From: a bacterium
Lineage (GTDB): Bacteria; Patescibacteriota; UBA1384; CAILIB01; JAUSJZ01
DNA: 57,625 bases
Assembly (NCBI GenBank): GCA_030647115.1
Contig: JAUSJZ010000012.1
Span: 1 to 57,625, forward strand
Direction: 5' to 3'
Position 1 is the first letter of the stretch. Each line of letters begins with the position of its first letter. Below the pieces are notes generated by a model. That model was not told where the DNA came from. It did not search any database and worked only from the letters and a program-made list of their open reading frames with translations. A program made the position numbers and the translations under genes. Positions 9,720 through 20,197 of this stretch are shown in pieces.

Positions 9720-10583
9720 ATGACAACTTCATTACCGCGGGTGGGGGCGCACGTTTCAGCGTCCGGGGGTTTGGGTAAACTACTCCAACGAGCGGATGCC
9801 TTGGGGGTCGAGGTGATACAGCTCCACCCGACGGCACCCCAAAATTATCGCCAATCGACTATGACCGGTGACGAGATTGGGCGCTTTCACTTGGCCGTTA
9901 AATCACACGACGTGCCGGTCTACTTTCACTCCATCTATTTAATCAACCTGGCCAATCCCGATGATAAGCTGTGGCACGCCTCTATCGGTTCGCTGGAACA
10001 TTACCTCGAGCTGGCCGGTCAGTTTGGGGCCGTCGGCACTATTACCCACGTCGGTTCGCACAAAGGAGCCGGCTTCGCTGCCGTTAAAGAACGTTTGAGT
10101 CACACCGCCCGCAAGCTGGCCGCGCATTTTAAGGAACACAAAATTAAGCCCGGGGCCTTTATTATTGAAAACACAGCCGGGGGCGGCGGCACTTTGGGTC
10201 GCGACATTACCGAACTGCATGATCTCTATCACATCTTCGCGGTCGAGTTGCCGACTAAAATCTGTCTCGATACCTGCCATCTGTTCGCCTCGGGTGTGGC
10301 TGTGCACGAACCAAAAAAATTTGACGAGTGGTTGACCGAATTTGACCGGAAAATCGGTTTAAAAAACCTGACCGCTATCCACCTGAACGACTCTAAAACG
10401 TCGTTCGAATCGAACCGCGACCGTCACGCTAACCTCGGTGAAGGGGAGATCGGAGCAGCGGGGCTGAAACACGTGGTCCAACATCCCAAACTCAAACACG
10501 TCAATTTTATTTTAGAGGTTCCGGGCAGCGGCCAGGGGCCGGACAAAGAAAATATCGACCGGGCGAAGAGCTGGAGAAAATAA
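9720..10583 (+). CDS. nfo: deoxyribonuclease IV (AP endonuclease family 2)
   Basis: GAHVSASGG, HVGSH and IHLNDSK...RDRHANLGEGEIG motifs. 287 aa. Confidence 0.9.
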   Translation: MTTSLPRVGAHVSASGGLGKLLQRADALGVEVIQLHPTAPQNYRQSTMTGDEIGRFHLAVKSHDVPVYFHSIYLINLANPDDKLWHASIGSLEHYLELAGQFGAVGTITHVGSHKGAGFAAVKERLSHTARKLAAHFKEHKIKPGAFIIENTAGGGGTLGRDITELHDLYHIFAVELPTKICLDTCHLFASGVAVHEPKKFDEWLTEFDRKIGLKNLTAIHLNDSKTSFESNRDRHANLGEGEIGAAGLKHVVQHPKLKHVNFILEVPGSGQGPDKENIDRAKSWRK

Positions 10584-10624
10584 AGAAAGTTTATATAAAA
10601 TAACCGTTAGTGCTATCGACTTAA

Positions 10625-11179
10625 TTATTGACCTTTGGGTAGAGTTTGTATTTTTAAAGTCGACAAGATATCTTCATAAGTTCGAATCAGTTCATCCTTT
10701 TTGTCAGCATCAAGGTAGTTATAACCCAGCGAAAAGTAATCTACACCAGGTACTCCGCCGTGCTCTGCAAACTTTGCATGTGTGAAGGTAACTATGTCTA
10801 CACTGGTGTCGTCGATTAACTGTTTTGAGTGTGCTGTTTCATCACCGAACTCGCTGGTATCGCCCGAACCACCGGCAGTATCAAACAAGATATAGTTGCG
10901 ACTCTTATCCGCATTAGTTTTATAAATTTTTTGATAGCTGCCCCTACTCTCATCGGTTAACCAATCATTAGGATATTTGAAGCTTATTGACAGTAGAGAT
11001 TCTTGGGAGCTATAGGTTTTCCAAGCGGTCGTATCGATGGTAGTGGCTGTATCTGAAGAGGTAGTGGTTGGTGCTGCTTTCTTTTTCGACATCGAGAAAA
11101 TACCGATTGCTACTAACACGAGCACTACGATTATTACACCTTCAATAACGGTGAACCCTTTCTTTTTTGTTAGGTACAT
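10625..11179 (-). CDS. prepilin-type N-terminal cleavage/methylation domain protein (paralog of the 55.3-57.6 kb array)
   Basis: KKGFTVIEGVIIVVLVLVAI class-III signal (G|FTVIE). Thr-rich linker. WKTYS...FKYP motif shared with the array genes. Confidence 0.75.
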   Translation of the reverse strand: MYLTKKKGFTVIEGVIIVVLVLVAIGIFSMSKKKAAPTTTSSDTATTIDTTAWKTYSSQESLLSISFKYPNDWLTDESRGSYQKIYKTNADKSRNYILFDTAGGSGDTSEFGDETAHSKQLIDDTSVDIVTFTHAKFAEHGGVPGVDYFSLGYNYLDADKKDELIRTYEDILSTLKIQTLPKGQ

Positions 11180-11291
11180 GTCAATTAATTACTTATCTCT
11201 AAATTAAGAGTATCACTGGGTCTGATCGGCTGGTAGCTAAAGATTCACCCCCCCCATAATGATAAGTCCTAAAGTCAGAATTGGTGGAATT

Positions 11292-11319
11292 AAAAAAAGG
11301 GCGCCGGTTGGCGCCCCTT
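11292..11319 (-). terminator. rho-independent terminator of the lipase/LGFP gene
   Basis: Minus strand reads aaggggcgcc-aacc-ggcgccct followed by TTTTTTT. Confidence 0.7.
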
Positions 11320-11378
11320 CAGGTTCTCGAGTTGTTCAGCTGGCCGTAGCCGCTATCGCGAAGCGACAGGCGGAGCCG

Positions 11379-13589
11379 CTACCAGTTGATGGTCAGCTCC
11401 TCGAAGGGCTGACTGTGGTTCTCGTTGACCGAGGGACCACGGGGGAAGCCGTGGCGGTACTCGGGACCAGAGTAGCGCTTCAGTATCTCCCCGTAGACCG
11501 CCCAGGCGTTATTGATGCCCAGCTCACAGATGCGGCCGAACTGGAAGAGCTGCTCTTCCCCGTATCGGGCACTGCAGCCGGAGCGCACGCCGGTGCGTTT
11601 GGCCGTTTGCGGATAACCGAGCGGCCCACCGGGGCCACCCGTGCGCAGGTACTCGCGGTTGAATCCGCCGGTGATGACGTGTTCGGTCTGGCTCCACTCG
11701 GCGATGCAGCCGCCCTCGAACGGTTGGTACTGACCCCAACCGCCGGTCGTGTTGACGAACTGGGGTGCCCCCGACTTCACCGCGCGGCGATAGTCTTTGG
11801 GATAACCCAGCTCACCTTGGCCCTTGCCTTTGGTATTCCAGACCCGGCCGAAGTCACCTAGCACCGTCGCCGTGAGTCCGTCGAATTTGGCGATGAAGCC
11901 GCCTTCGAATTGGGCCCACTCGCCGTTGCCACCGCTGACGCCCGATGGTTGATCGTAGCGCTGTTCGGTTGTCAGACAGCCGAGCTCACCGGCCCAACCA
12001 CCGGCCTGCTGGTAGTGGTCGTAGAACTCACCCTTGACGCCGTAGACTTCGGTGCCGAGGTTGATCAGGATACCGTTCTGGCAGCGCTGGTAGCTGAACC
12101 CGCGACCGCTGGTACCCGACTTGATGGTGCCGTTGCGACCATCCATCTGCACCGCTTCGAGCGGCGGCCCGACGTCGACCCGCTTGGCCGCCGCGTGCCA
12201 CTTGCCCTCGCCGTACCAGAAGCCGGTCTCACCGTAGTCCCACCGTGAGGCGGGGTGAGCGAGAACGACCTGGCCGACTGTGACGGTCGTTGGCGAGGTG
12301 CTCGGAGGCAGCATCGAGGCGTAGGTCTGGCTGGTGTCGGTCGTCGCATACAACGGCCCACGGGTGAGGTTCCACCAGTTATCTTCAATTCCTTTGTTGA
12401 GGTACTTTTCGAGATGCTTGAAAGCATCCTCACTGCTTGGCAACTCAACGTGTGACACTCCTACCGGTTCTCGGATCAAACGTTGTGCCTCGTTAGCGAG
12501 ACCATCCCAGTTGGCACTGCTGACCGGCACGATGGTGTCGTTATTGCTACCCCCACCAACACCAGAGATATACTCACTGCCGAGTTCGAAGGTGCCAGCG
12601 ATGGAGAGGTAGTCGATGCCGGTGTATGACGGCTGGTTCAGTTCCTTCAGAAAGGAACTGTTGGCCCGCATATCCCTGATGGCTGGGGCTGTCAGATTAG
12701 CGGCTATGTTTACGGTGAACAAAGCCGCGTTGATCAGCAGGCCCATGGACGGCGTGAAACCGTCGAGGGTGAGGAACTCGAACTGGGTGACCACTGCCAG
12801 GTCGAACCCGTTGTTCGGTGCCCCCAGCAGCATTACCAGCACAACGTTGTTGCGGTAGCCGAGGTTCTCGACCATGTAGCGGGCCACCAGACCACCCTGA
12901 CTGTGGCCGATGATGATTTTGGGGTCATCGTCGGCCAGTGACGGGATGTTCTTGATGCGGGAGAGGCAGTAGGCGGCACTCTCTTTGATGGGGTTGAGGT
13001 GACCATAAAGGATTGCCTCAACACCGTCGATGAGATCGAGCTTTCGATCCATCTCCCAGGTGGGGAGTCGGCTCTGGTAGAACCGCATCGAACCGGGGTT
13101 GGCGAAGGTGCCGTGGAGCAGGATGAAGTCGAGCTTCCGCTTACCGTCAGCGGAGCGACTGGTTGGCAGCAACGTGGCGGAGCGACCGGTTGAATCGTCG
13201 GCCGTCGCCAGTTGGACCTGATACAGACGCACGCTGGTGACAGCGGCGCGGGCATCGGTTGGTAGTTGGTCGAGACTGGTTGTCACTGTGTTGGCGGCGA
13301 TTGTCTGGGGCAGCATCAGGCGGTAGCTTTCGGTGCCGCCATTGTTCTTGACCCCGACCAGCAGGTAGTTGGCACTACTTTGGAGGTTGAGGTTGGCAAA
13401 CGTGACGGTGTCCGCCTCGGCGCGGTTGTGGTTGACCGGTACCTCACTGATGGTACGAAAGTCCGAATTGGTCGCGACCGCAGTGATCGGACCGGCGATC
13501 GTACCGCTGGCGTTCAGGGGGTTAGACCCGCCACAACCGTAGAGGTTGGGCAGAATCATCAGACTGACGACGATCGAGCAGAGACGCAT
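11379..13589 (-). CDS. G+C-rich lipoprotein: alpha/beta-hydrolase (lipase/esterase, GHSQGG) plus C-terminal LGFP-type repeats
   Basis: AAAGGAG SD before the ATG at 13589. Lipobox LYGC. Nucleophile elbow IIGHSQGG. Repeated GxLGYP...FEGG motifs at the C-terminus. Third codon positions mostly G/C. Confidence 0.75.
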   Translation of the reverse strand: MRLCSIVVSLMILPNLYGCGGSNPLNASGTIAGPITAVATNSDFRTISEVPVNHNRAEADTVTFANLNLQSSANYLLVGVKNNGGTESYRLMLPQTIAANTVTTSLDQLPTDARAAVTSVRLYQVQLATADDSTGRSATLLPTSRSADGKRKLDFILLHGTFANPGSMRFYQSRLPTWEMDRKLDLIDGVEAILYGHLNPIKESAAYCLSRIKNIPSLADDDPKIIIGHSQGGLVARYMVENLGYRNNVVLVMLLGAPNNGFDLAVVTQFEFLTLDGFTPSMGLLINAALFTVNIAANLTAPAIRDMRANSSFLKELNQPSYTGIDYLSIAGTFELGSEYISGVGGGSNNDTIVPVSSANWDGLANEAQRLIREPVGVSHVELPSSEDAFKHLEKYLNKGIEDNWWNLTRGPLYATTDTSQTYASMLPPSTSPTTVTVGQVVLAHPASRWDYGETGFWYGEGKWHAAAKRVDVGPPLEAVQMDGRNGTIKSGTSGRGFSYQRCQNGILINLGTEVYGVKGEFYDHYQQAGGWAGELGCLTTEQRYDQPSGVSGGNGEWAQFEGGFIAKFDGLTATVLGDFGRVWNTKGKGQGELGYPKDYRRAVKSGAPQFVNTTGGWGQYQPFEGGCIAEWSQTEHVITGGFNREYLRTGGPGGPLGYPQTAKRTGVRSGCSARYGEEQLFQFGRICELGINNAWAVYGEILKRYSGPEYRHGFPRGPSVNENHSQPFEELTINW

Positions 13590-13728
13590 CGGTTTCTCCT
13601 TTTTCAGGTGCAGGCGCACGGTTTGTGCGTTCTAATAACACTGTGTCAAATGGTAGATGACAAACAGATTATCAAGTACGATGGTTACATAATCGTTTTG
13701 TCATGTTCGAGCTGGTAACAATTAAATT

Positions 13729-14796
13729 ATGAAAAAAACACCACTATATTATTATCTCTTGCCGTTTCTGTTGGCTTTGATTATCGTTTGGCTATTGACG
13801 GGTGATTATGGTTTGGCCTGGTTATCGGTAGCGGCAACGGCCGGTAGTATTGCCGGTTCAATCATGTTTGTAATCGGTATTGTCCTACTAATTTTCCGAC
13901 GCATCACTCTCGGCTCGCTACTAGCTCTCACACTGGTAGCGCTGTTGCTGGGCATTACTTTTTCCTTCGAAGAGATCGGGTTTGGATTTATGAGAGCTTA
14001 TAAACAAAGAAACTTGCCAGATTCGACAGTTCAAAAAAAGATTGACTTTGGTAGGGGCAAGCAGTTGTGGGTCAGCCAGGGGCAAGGTGAAACTATTTAT
14101 ACTAATTTTATGGTCGACGGTAAGAATTCGTTCAGTAGGTTAGAGCTATTCAAAATTCTTAGTCGTGATTTACAATCACAGCTCAATATGGAGGTCAAAG
14201 TGTATGCTATGTACATCTCGCTTAGTGACGAATTAGTCTCACCGCGTAAACACTTTATCGATTTGCAGCTAGATTACTACAACGATGAACAATTGCCCTA
14301 CGGTGGTTTTTACGCTAATGATGCAATAAAAAAGAGTGACGCAAATTGGCGAGTCACATCATTCAAAAATAACAAATTCGTTTTTCAAACTATTCCGCAA
14401 CAAGATGAAGCCGATAAGGTGGGTAGATTCGTAGATCGTAGGGAGGTAAAAGTTACCAGAGGTGAGCCGGGTGTAAGCACTGATTTTGGTCTATCTTTAT
14501 TTCTGAACAAAACCAATGATTATGTTTATATCAGGGGAAATGACCAAAAACAATGTGCGTATCGCTATCCAAATTCAGACAACTATATACCAATGGACAC
14601 AGTTAATCCTGCAAATGGCTTTATGTCTGATGACAAAGAGAAATACTTATATACTTACGTAGACGAACCCAGTGTGGATTTTAATGTGCTGTATTGCGGC
14701 ACAGATGATAAACACGTTTATCACATAATCCCGATTATTGAATCGTACGATGGGGATTCAATCAAGGTCATCATCCGTCAGTACGAGCGACTCTAA
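13729..14796 (+). CDS. A+T-rich hypothetical membrane protein (3-4 N-terminal TM segments plus a soluble domain)
   Basis: Long ORF with hydrophobic N-terminus. No recognisable motif. Confidence 0.6.
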   Translation: MKKTPLYYYLLPFLLALIIVWLLTGDYGLAWLSVAATAGSIAGSIMFVIGIVLLIFRRITLGSLLALTLVALLLGITFSFEEIGFGFMRAYKQRNLPDSTVQKKIDFGRGKQLWVSQGQGETIYTNFMVDGKNSFSRLELFKILSRDLQSQLNMEVKVYAMYISLSDELVSPRKHFIDLQLDYYNDEQLPYGGFYANDAIKKSDANWRVTSFKNNKFVFQTIPQQDEADKVGRFVDRREVKVTRGEPGVSTDFGLSLFLNKTNDYVYIRGNDQKQCAYRYPNSDNYIPMDTVNPANGFMSDDKEKYLYTYVDEPSVDFNVLYCGTDDKHVYHIIPIIESYDGDSIKVIIRQYERL

Positions 14797-14865
14797 TCTA
14801 TCCACCGGTTATACACCAGGCCCCAACCCGCACTTTGCTGTACAATAGAACCATAGAATACCGCT

Positions 14866-16296
14866 ATGGAAAAGGAGTTTCACCAAACAGGGGCCACGGT
14901 TAATCCGCTCTTGGGAGTGCGGGTGCCGCCACAGAACACTGCCGCCGAAGTGTCTGTTTTGGGTGCGGTGTTGCTCGACCAGAACGCCATCGTCAAAATT
15001 GCCGACATCTTGGCTCCGACCGACTTTTATGACCGCCGTAACCAGATAATCTACGACGCCGTGCTGACGCTCTTTGGCAAACGCCAACCGCTCGACGTGC
15101 TGACCCTCAAATCGCGACTCGACGACACGAATAAACTGGTTGAAGCCGGTGGGGCGGGCTATATTGCCGACCTGGTCAATTCGGTGGCCACGGCGGCGCA
15201 CGTGGTTGACCACGCCAACATTGTGCGCGAAAAAGCGGTGCTGCGTCGTTTAATCAGTGCCGCCAGTGACATCAACCAACTGGGCTTCAAAGAGGGTGAG
15301 GATATTGACGTGGTGCTCGACCAGGCCGAACAGAAACTCTTTGCCGTCTCGCAGCAATTTCTGCGTCAGAATTTTGTCGGTATCCGCTCCGTTTTAACCG
15401 ATACTTTCGAACGCCTTAACGAGCTGACCGAGAATAAAGGGGCCCTGCGTGGCATCTCCACCGGCTACCGGGCACTTGATAACGTCTTAGCCGGCTGGCA
15501 GAAATCGGACCTGGTCGTTTTAGCCGCCCGACCGAGTATCGGCAAAACCTCGCTGGCTCTTAACTTTGTCGAAAAGGCGGCCGTGGAAGGCCATAAATCG
15601 GTCGGCATCTTTTCGTTAGAGATGAGCGCCGACCAACTGACCGACCGGTTACTCTGTACCCTCGGGGGCATTGATGCCTGGCGCCTGCGTACCGGCAATC
15701 TGCGCGACAACGACTTTTCACGACTCCACGAAGCGATGGGTAAGCTGGCCGAGGCTAATATCTTTATTGATGATTCGCCGTTCGTCAACGTCATGGAGAT
15801 GCGCGCTCGCGCCCGCCGACTCCAAATGGAACACGGCCTCGACTTTCTGATCATCGATTACCTGCAGCTAATGGGCGGCTCCGATAAGTTCAACGGTACC
15901 GATAACCGCGTACAAGAGGTCAGTTATATCTCACGTTCCCTCAAGGCACTGGCTCGTGAATTGAATATCCCGATATTGGCTTTGTCGCAGTTATCCCGCG
16001 CTGTCGAGTCACGCTCACCCAAAATTCCGTTGCTATCTGACCTACGTGAGAGCGGTAGTATCGAACAAGACTCGGACGTGGTGCTCTTTATCTACCGCGA
16101 AGAAGTCTACGATCGCAACACCGATCGCAAGAATATCGCCGAGATTCACATCGCCAAACACCGCAATGGCCCTACCGGTAAGGTCGACCTCTTCTTCAAA
16201 ATTGAACAGACCAAATTCCTCGATATCGATACCACGCACCACGAGGTAAGAGCAGTCGATTCACCCGGTGAAATCCCGACCGCGCCTACCATGTAA
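14866..16296 (+). CDS. dnaB: replicative DNA helicase
   Basis: PPQNTAAEVSVLGA N-terminal motif, Walker A ARPSIGKTS, IIDYLQLM, SQLSR. Confidence 0.92.
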   Translation: MEKEFHQTGATVNPLLGVRVPPQNTAAEVSVLGAVLLDQNAIVKIADILAPTDFYDRRNQIIYDAVLTLFGKRQPLDVLTLKSRLDDTNKLVEAGGAGYIADLVNSVATAAHVVDHANIVREKAVLRRLISAASDINQLGFKEGEDIDVVLDQAEQKLFAVSQQFLRQNFVGIRSVLTDTFERLNELTENKGALRGISTGYRALDNVLAGWQKSDLVVLAARPSIGKTSLALNFVEKAAVEGHKSVGIFSLEMSADQLTDRLLCTLGGIDAWRLRTGNLRDNDFSRLHEAMGKLAEANIFIDDSPFVNVMEMRARARRLQMEHGLDFLIIDYLQLMGGSDKFNGTDNRVQEVSYISRSLKALARELNIPILALSQLSRAVESRSPKIPLLSDLRESGSIEQDSDVVLFIYREEVYDRNTDRKNIAEIHIAKHRNGPTGKVDLFFKIEQTKFLDIDTTHHEVRAVDSPGEIPTAPTM

Positions 16297-16388
16297 AAGG
16301 CTTACAAAGTATGACGGTAGCATACTATAAAACAATTTAGCCTGCGGCCACCAGAGCCAGGTACTAAGGTAGGCGATCACCCGGCTCA

Positions 16389-16417
16389 TTGACCTGCTAC
16401 GAGCCCCGAGGTATAAT
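16389..16417 (+). promoter_or_regulatory. near-consensus sigma70-type promoter
   Basis: TTGACC (16389-16394), 17-nt spacer, TATAAT (16412-16417). Confidence 0.6.
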
Positions 16418-16423
16418 GCGATT

Positions 16424-16617
16424 AGTCTGATAAATTCCGATGTTTAACCATATCGGTAACCATCAGACGAGTACGCACCTTCATGGGTCTCTTTCCGCCC
16501 CCAGGGTCAGGAAGGGGATCACAAGTGGATGGTGCTGCCTGAAGCCGCGACAGTTACGCGGGGTTTAACCAACATTGACCCCAGAGCGTTAACCAAAAAC
16601 TGTCGCGGACTTTTTTT
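16424..16617 (+). ncRNA. candidate ~195-nt structured leader/attenuator or small RNA
   Basis: Lies between the promoter and a long terminator. Stem ccgcgacagtt 16545-16555 pairs with aactgtcgcgg 16598-16608, followed by T7. A competing local hairpin ccgcg/cgcgg exists. The motif TTAACCA occurs three times. Confidence 0.4.
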
Positions 16618-16658
16618 ATGGCTCTAAATATGACAAAGTGGTAATGAAGGAGAAGTCG

Positions 16659-17210
16659 ATGAGTCAGACAGATGCGGTGGTGGGTGATTTGGTGGAGGTA
16701 GTGACGCACTTACCCCATCAGGTTATACCGACCGATATGGGTGTGGCAGTAGCCAACGTCGCTATCGAGCACCATAAAGTGAGGCTGGCCCAAGCTCGAG
16801 CCGAGCTCGATCGATTACAACAACTGTGTGAGCACTCGTGGTGTTATGGGCTGGAGAGGCCGACGACCATCAGTGCAGAACAGGTTCCAGGTAGCCCCTG
16901 GCGGATGGTGGGCAGGCATGGTGATTGCCAGATCATTTGCAGCCTCTGTGGCTTGCAGTATACGAGAGAAACCATTCCTTACCTGCACCTCTGTCGGTGC
17001 TGTCTGCAACAGTGTGGCATGATCCACGTTTACAAGCGGTTTGAACGACGGCAACGCTTTGAGCAAGAACCCGACGCGACTCTGGTAGCCTATCTGCAGG
17101 GGCGGCTCAATGCCCTCATCTGGCGTCCGAATGGAGGACTGTGGGTACCTTACTGCTCCGATTGTCTGCTCTTTGACTTCGTGGTTGAGGAGAGACCGTA
17201 TGATAAGTGA
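16659..17210 (+). CDS. G+C-rich Cys-rich hypothetical protein (183 aa)
   Basis: GAAGGAG SD 6 nt before the ATG at 16659. Multiple CxxC-like pairs (CSLCG, CRCC, CSDC). No family recognised. Confidence 0.65.
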   Translation: MSQTDAVVGDLVEVVTHLPHQVIPTDMGVAVANVAIEHHKVRLAQARAELDRLQQLCEHSWCYGLERPTTISAEQVPGSPWRMVGRHGDCQIICSLCGLQYTRETIPYLHLCRCCLQQCGMIHVYKRFERRQRFEQEPDATLVAYLQGRLNALIWRPNGGLWVPYCSDCLLFDFVVEERPYDK

Positions 17211-17718
17211 ATGTAGGGCTGTGGTGACTATCAAGCGGCATCGTAAGCGTCACGGTTTCGTCGGAAGCATCAGAGTCGAGAACGGTCAGAGCAGCTGTGA
17301 CTATCAGGTTAAGGTCAGCCAACACCCGCATTTCGATGATCTGTTGTCGCTGACAGAGGGTGATTGGTCGGGCTTCAGCATCGAGATAACACGTGGCACC
17401 AGACGGCGGCGGGAGATCGTGATTCGTCGGCAAGGAGATGAAGAGAGCGGTCTGAATTACTATGAAGAGTTGGATGGTTCGACCATCACCATGGTTGCCC
17501 AACAGTTCCTGTTGCACGCGGCCAAGGTCGGTATCGATGCGCTTATCAGTCTGCGACGTGAGACTCTGCGCGGAGCCATTCTAGCCGGTACGAACCTGAC
17601 GTTGCCCAATCACGTTACTCTGACCGTGCCACTCCCACGTGAGGCCGCACTCCAAACCGCGGCCGCCGGTTCGGCCTTCAGTAAGTACCTTCTTGCTCCG
17701 GACGCAGACTGGCGTTAG
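17200..17718 (+). CDS. G+C-rich hypothetical protein (172 aa), translationally coupled
   Basis: ATG at 17200 overlaps the upstream stop (ATGATAAGTGA). In frame with track ORF 17110..17718. Confidence 0.6.
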   Translation: MISECRAVVTIKRHRKRHGFVGSIRVENGQSSCDYQVKVSQHPHFDDLLSLTEGDWSGFSIEITRGTRRRREIVIRRQGDEESGLNYYEELDGSTITMVAQQFLLHAAKVGIDALISLRRETLRGAILAGTNLTLPNHVTLTVPLPREAALQTAAAGSAFSKYLLAPDADWR

Positions 17719-17734
17719 GCGCGTCCGTAATCTT

Positions 17735-17761
17735 AAGGGGTCCCCGCGGCCCCCTTTTTTT
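17735..17761 (+). terminator. rho-independent terminator
   Basis: aaggggtccccgcggcccc followed by TTTTTTT. Confidence 0.65.
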
Positions 17762-17848
17762 ATTTGATCCACCCCAAAATACTTGACAAAATGTAAAGCC
17801 AACTTTACATTGAGAATAGTGTAACAGTCAAAAAGTAACTACCAGATT

Positions 17849-18166
17849 ATGTTTAGACCATTAGGTGATCGGGTTTTAATTCGCCCGCTTAAGACAGAGA
17901 AGACAACGGCCTCCGGTTTAGTGTTGCCCGACAGTGCCAAGAAAGAGTCGCAGGAAGGCGAGATTCTGGCAGTTGGTGGCGGTCATACCGATGACGGCAA
18001 ACAGCTAGATCTAAACGCGATGGGTTTAAAAGTTGGGGTCAGAGTAATGTTTGAAAAATACGGTCCCGACGAAATCGAGATCAATAACGAAGAGTTAAAG
18101 GTGGCCAAGGTAAGTCACATCTTGGGTATTATAGAGGATGTGCCCGGTATTAACTACGCCAACTAA
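17849..18166 (+). CDS. groES: co-chaperonin GroES
   Basis: MFRPLGDRVLIRP...SGLVLPDSAKK...GEILAVG. Confidence 0.95.
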   Translation: MFRPLGDRVLIRPLKTEKTTASGLVLPDSAKKESQEGEILAVGGGHTDDGKQLDLNAMGLKVGVRVMFEKYGPDEIEINNEELKVAKVSHILGIIEDVPGINYAN

Positions 18167-19840
<1,674 letters not shown>

Positions 19841-19866
19841 GATCAAACAATAAACAGACCGTGAGC

Positions 19867-20048
19867 CTCGCTCGTGTGGGCGTCCCTTGTCAGCCCGCGT
19901 CGGCTAGATCTAACTTTAGATTACTATCTGAACGGTATGAGGTGATAACGCTAAACGATTAACATCATTTAGCTCTAATCACCTCATCCAGCCAGTCGAG
20001 AGTTAGATTACGCCGCCGTCTTAGCTGACATTCCCGCACTGACGCTCG
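19867..20048. repeat. A-family long imperfect palindrome, copy A1
   Basis: About 85% identical to 47037-47221 by eye. Arms fold on each other (cccttgtcag...ctaactt / agagttag...ctgacattccc). Inner stem atgaggtgat/atcacctcat. Confidence 0.8.
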
Positions 20049-20085
20049 GCCAGGTCTGTTTTTTGTTTTGATTACTGGCAACTAT

Positions 20086-20109
20086 GGGTGGTTGAGGTCG
20101 GCTCCAGAC
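20086..20109 (+). repeat. conserved 24-nt motif GGGTGGTTGAGGTCGGCTCCAGAC, copy 1
   Basis: Identical 24-mer at 35991-36014. In both places it sits in the loop of a local stem. Confidence 0.7.
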
Positions 20110-20110
20110 C

Positions 20111-20139
20111 TTGACTTTTAACCTGTTGTCAGCTATGGT
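20111..20139 (+). promoter_or_regulatory. sigma70-type promoter of cassette gene X1
   Basis: TTGACT, 17-nt spacer, TATGGT. Confidence 0.55.
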
Positions 20140-20197
20140 ACTTGCTAGTGATGCGTCGTAGGGGACAAAACCCGCGACGAAGGAAAGGACACAGCAC

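Noticed and set aside
11259-13255. Track ORFs overlapping the lipase/LGFP gene in other frames or antisense (11259..11861, 11524..11739, 11910..12248, 12065..12448, 12255..12455, 12334..12612, 12616..12858, 12833..13255, 12999..13193)
   Set aside because: These are shadow ORFs expected in G+C-rich coding DNA. None has an SD or recognisable motifs, whereas the 736-aa frame has a lipobox, GHSQGG and LGFP repeats.
16424-16617. Identity of the ORF-less units (16424-16617, 26660-26923, 52747-53069) as RNase P RNA, tmRNA, SRP RNA or a known riboswitch
   Set aside because: - No GAGGAAAGUCC / ACAGAAnCCGGCUUA pair, so RNase P is not supported.
- No tRNA-like 3' end with CCA, so tmRNA is not supported.
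- No GGUCCGGAAGGAAGCAGC helix-8 motif, so SRP RNA is not supported.
- No B12 box, T-box or other riboswitch core that I could match by eye.
- This needs a covariance-model search.
17762-17848. CIRCE heat-shock operator upstream of groES
   Set aside because: No TTAGCACTC-N9-GAGTGCTAA-like inverted repeat is present. Only a TTGACA-17-TACATT promoter is visible.
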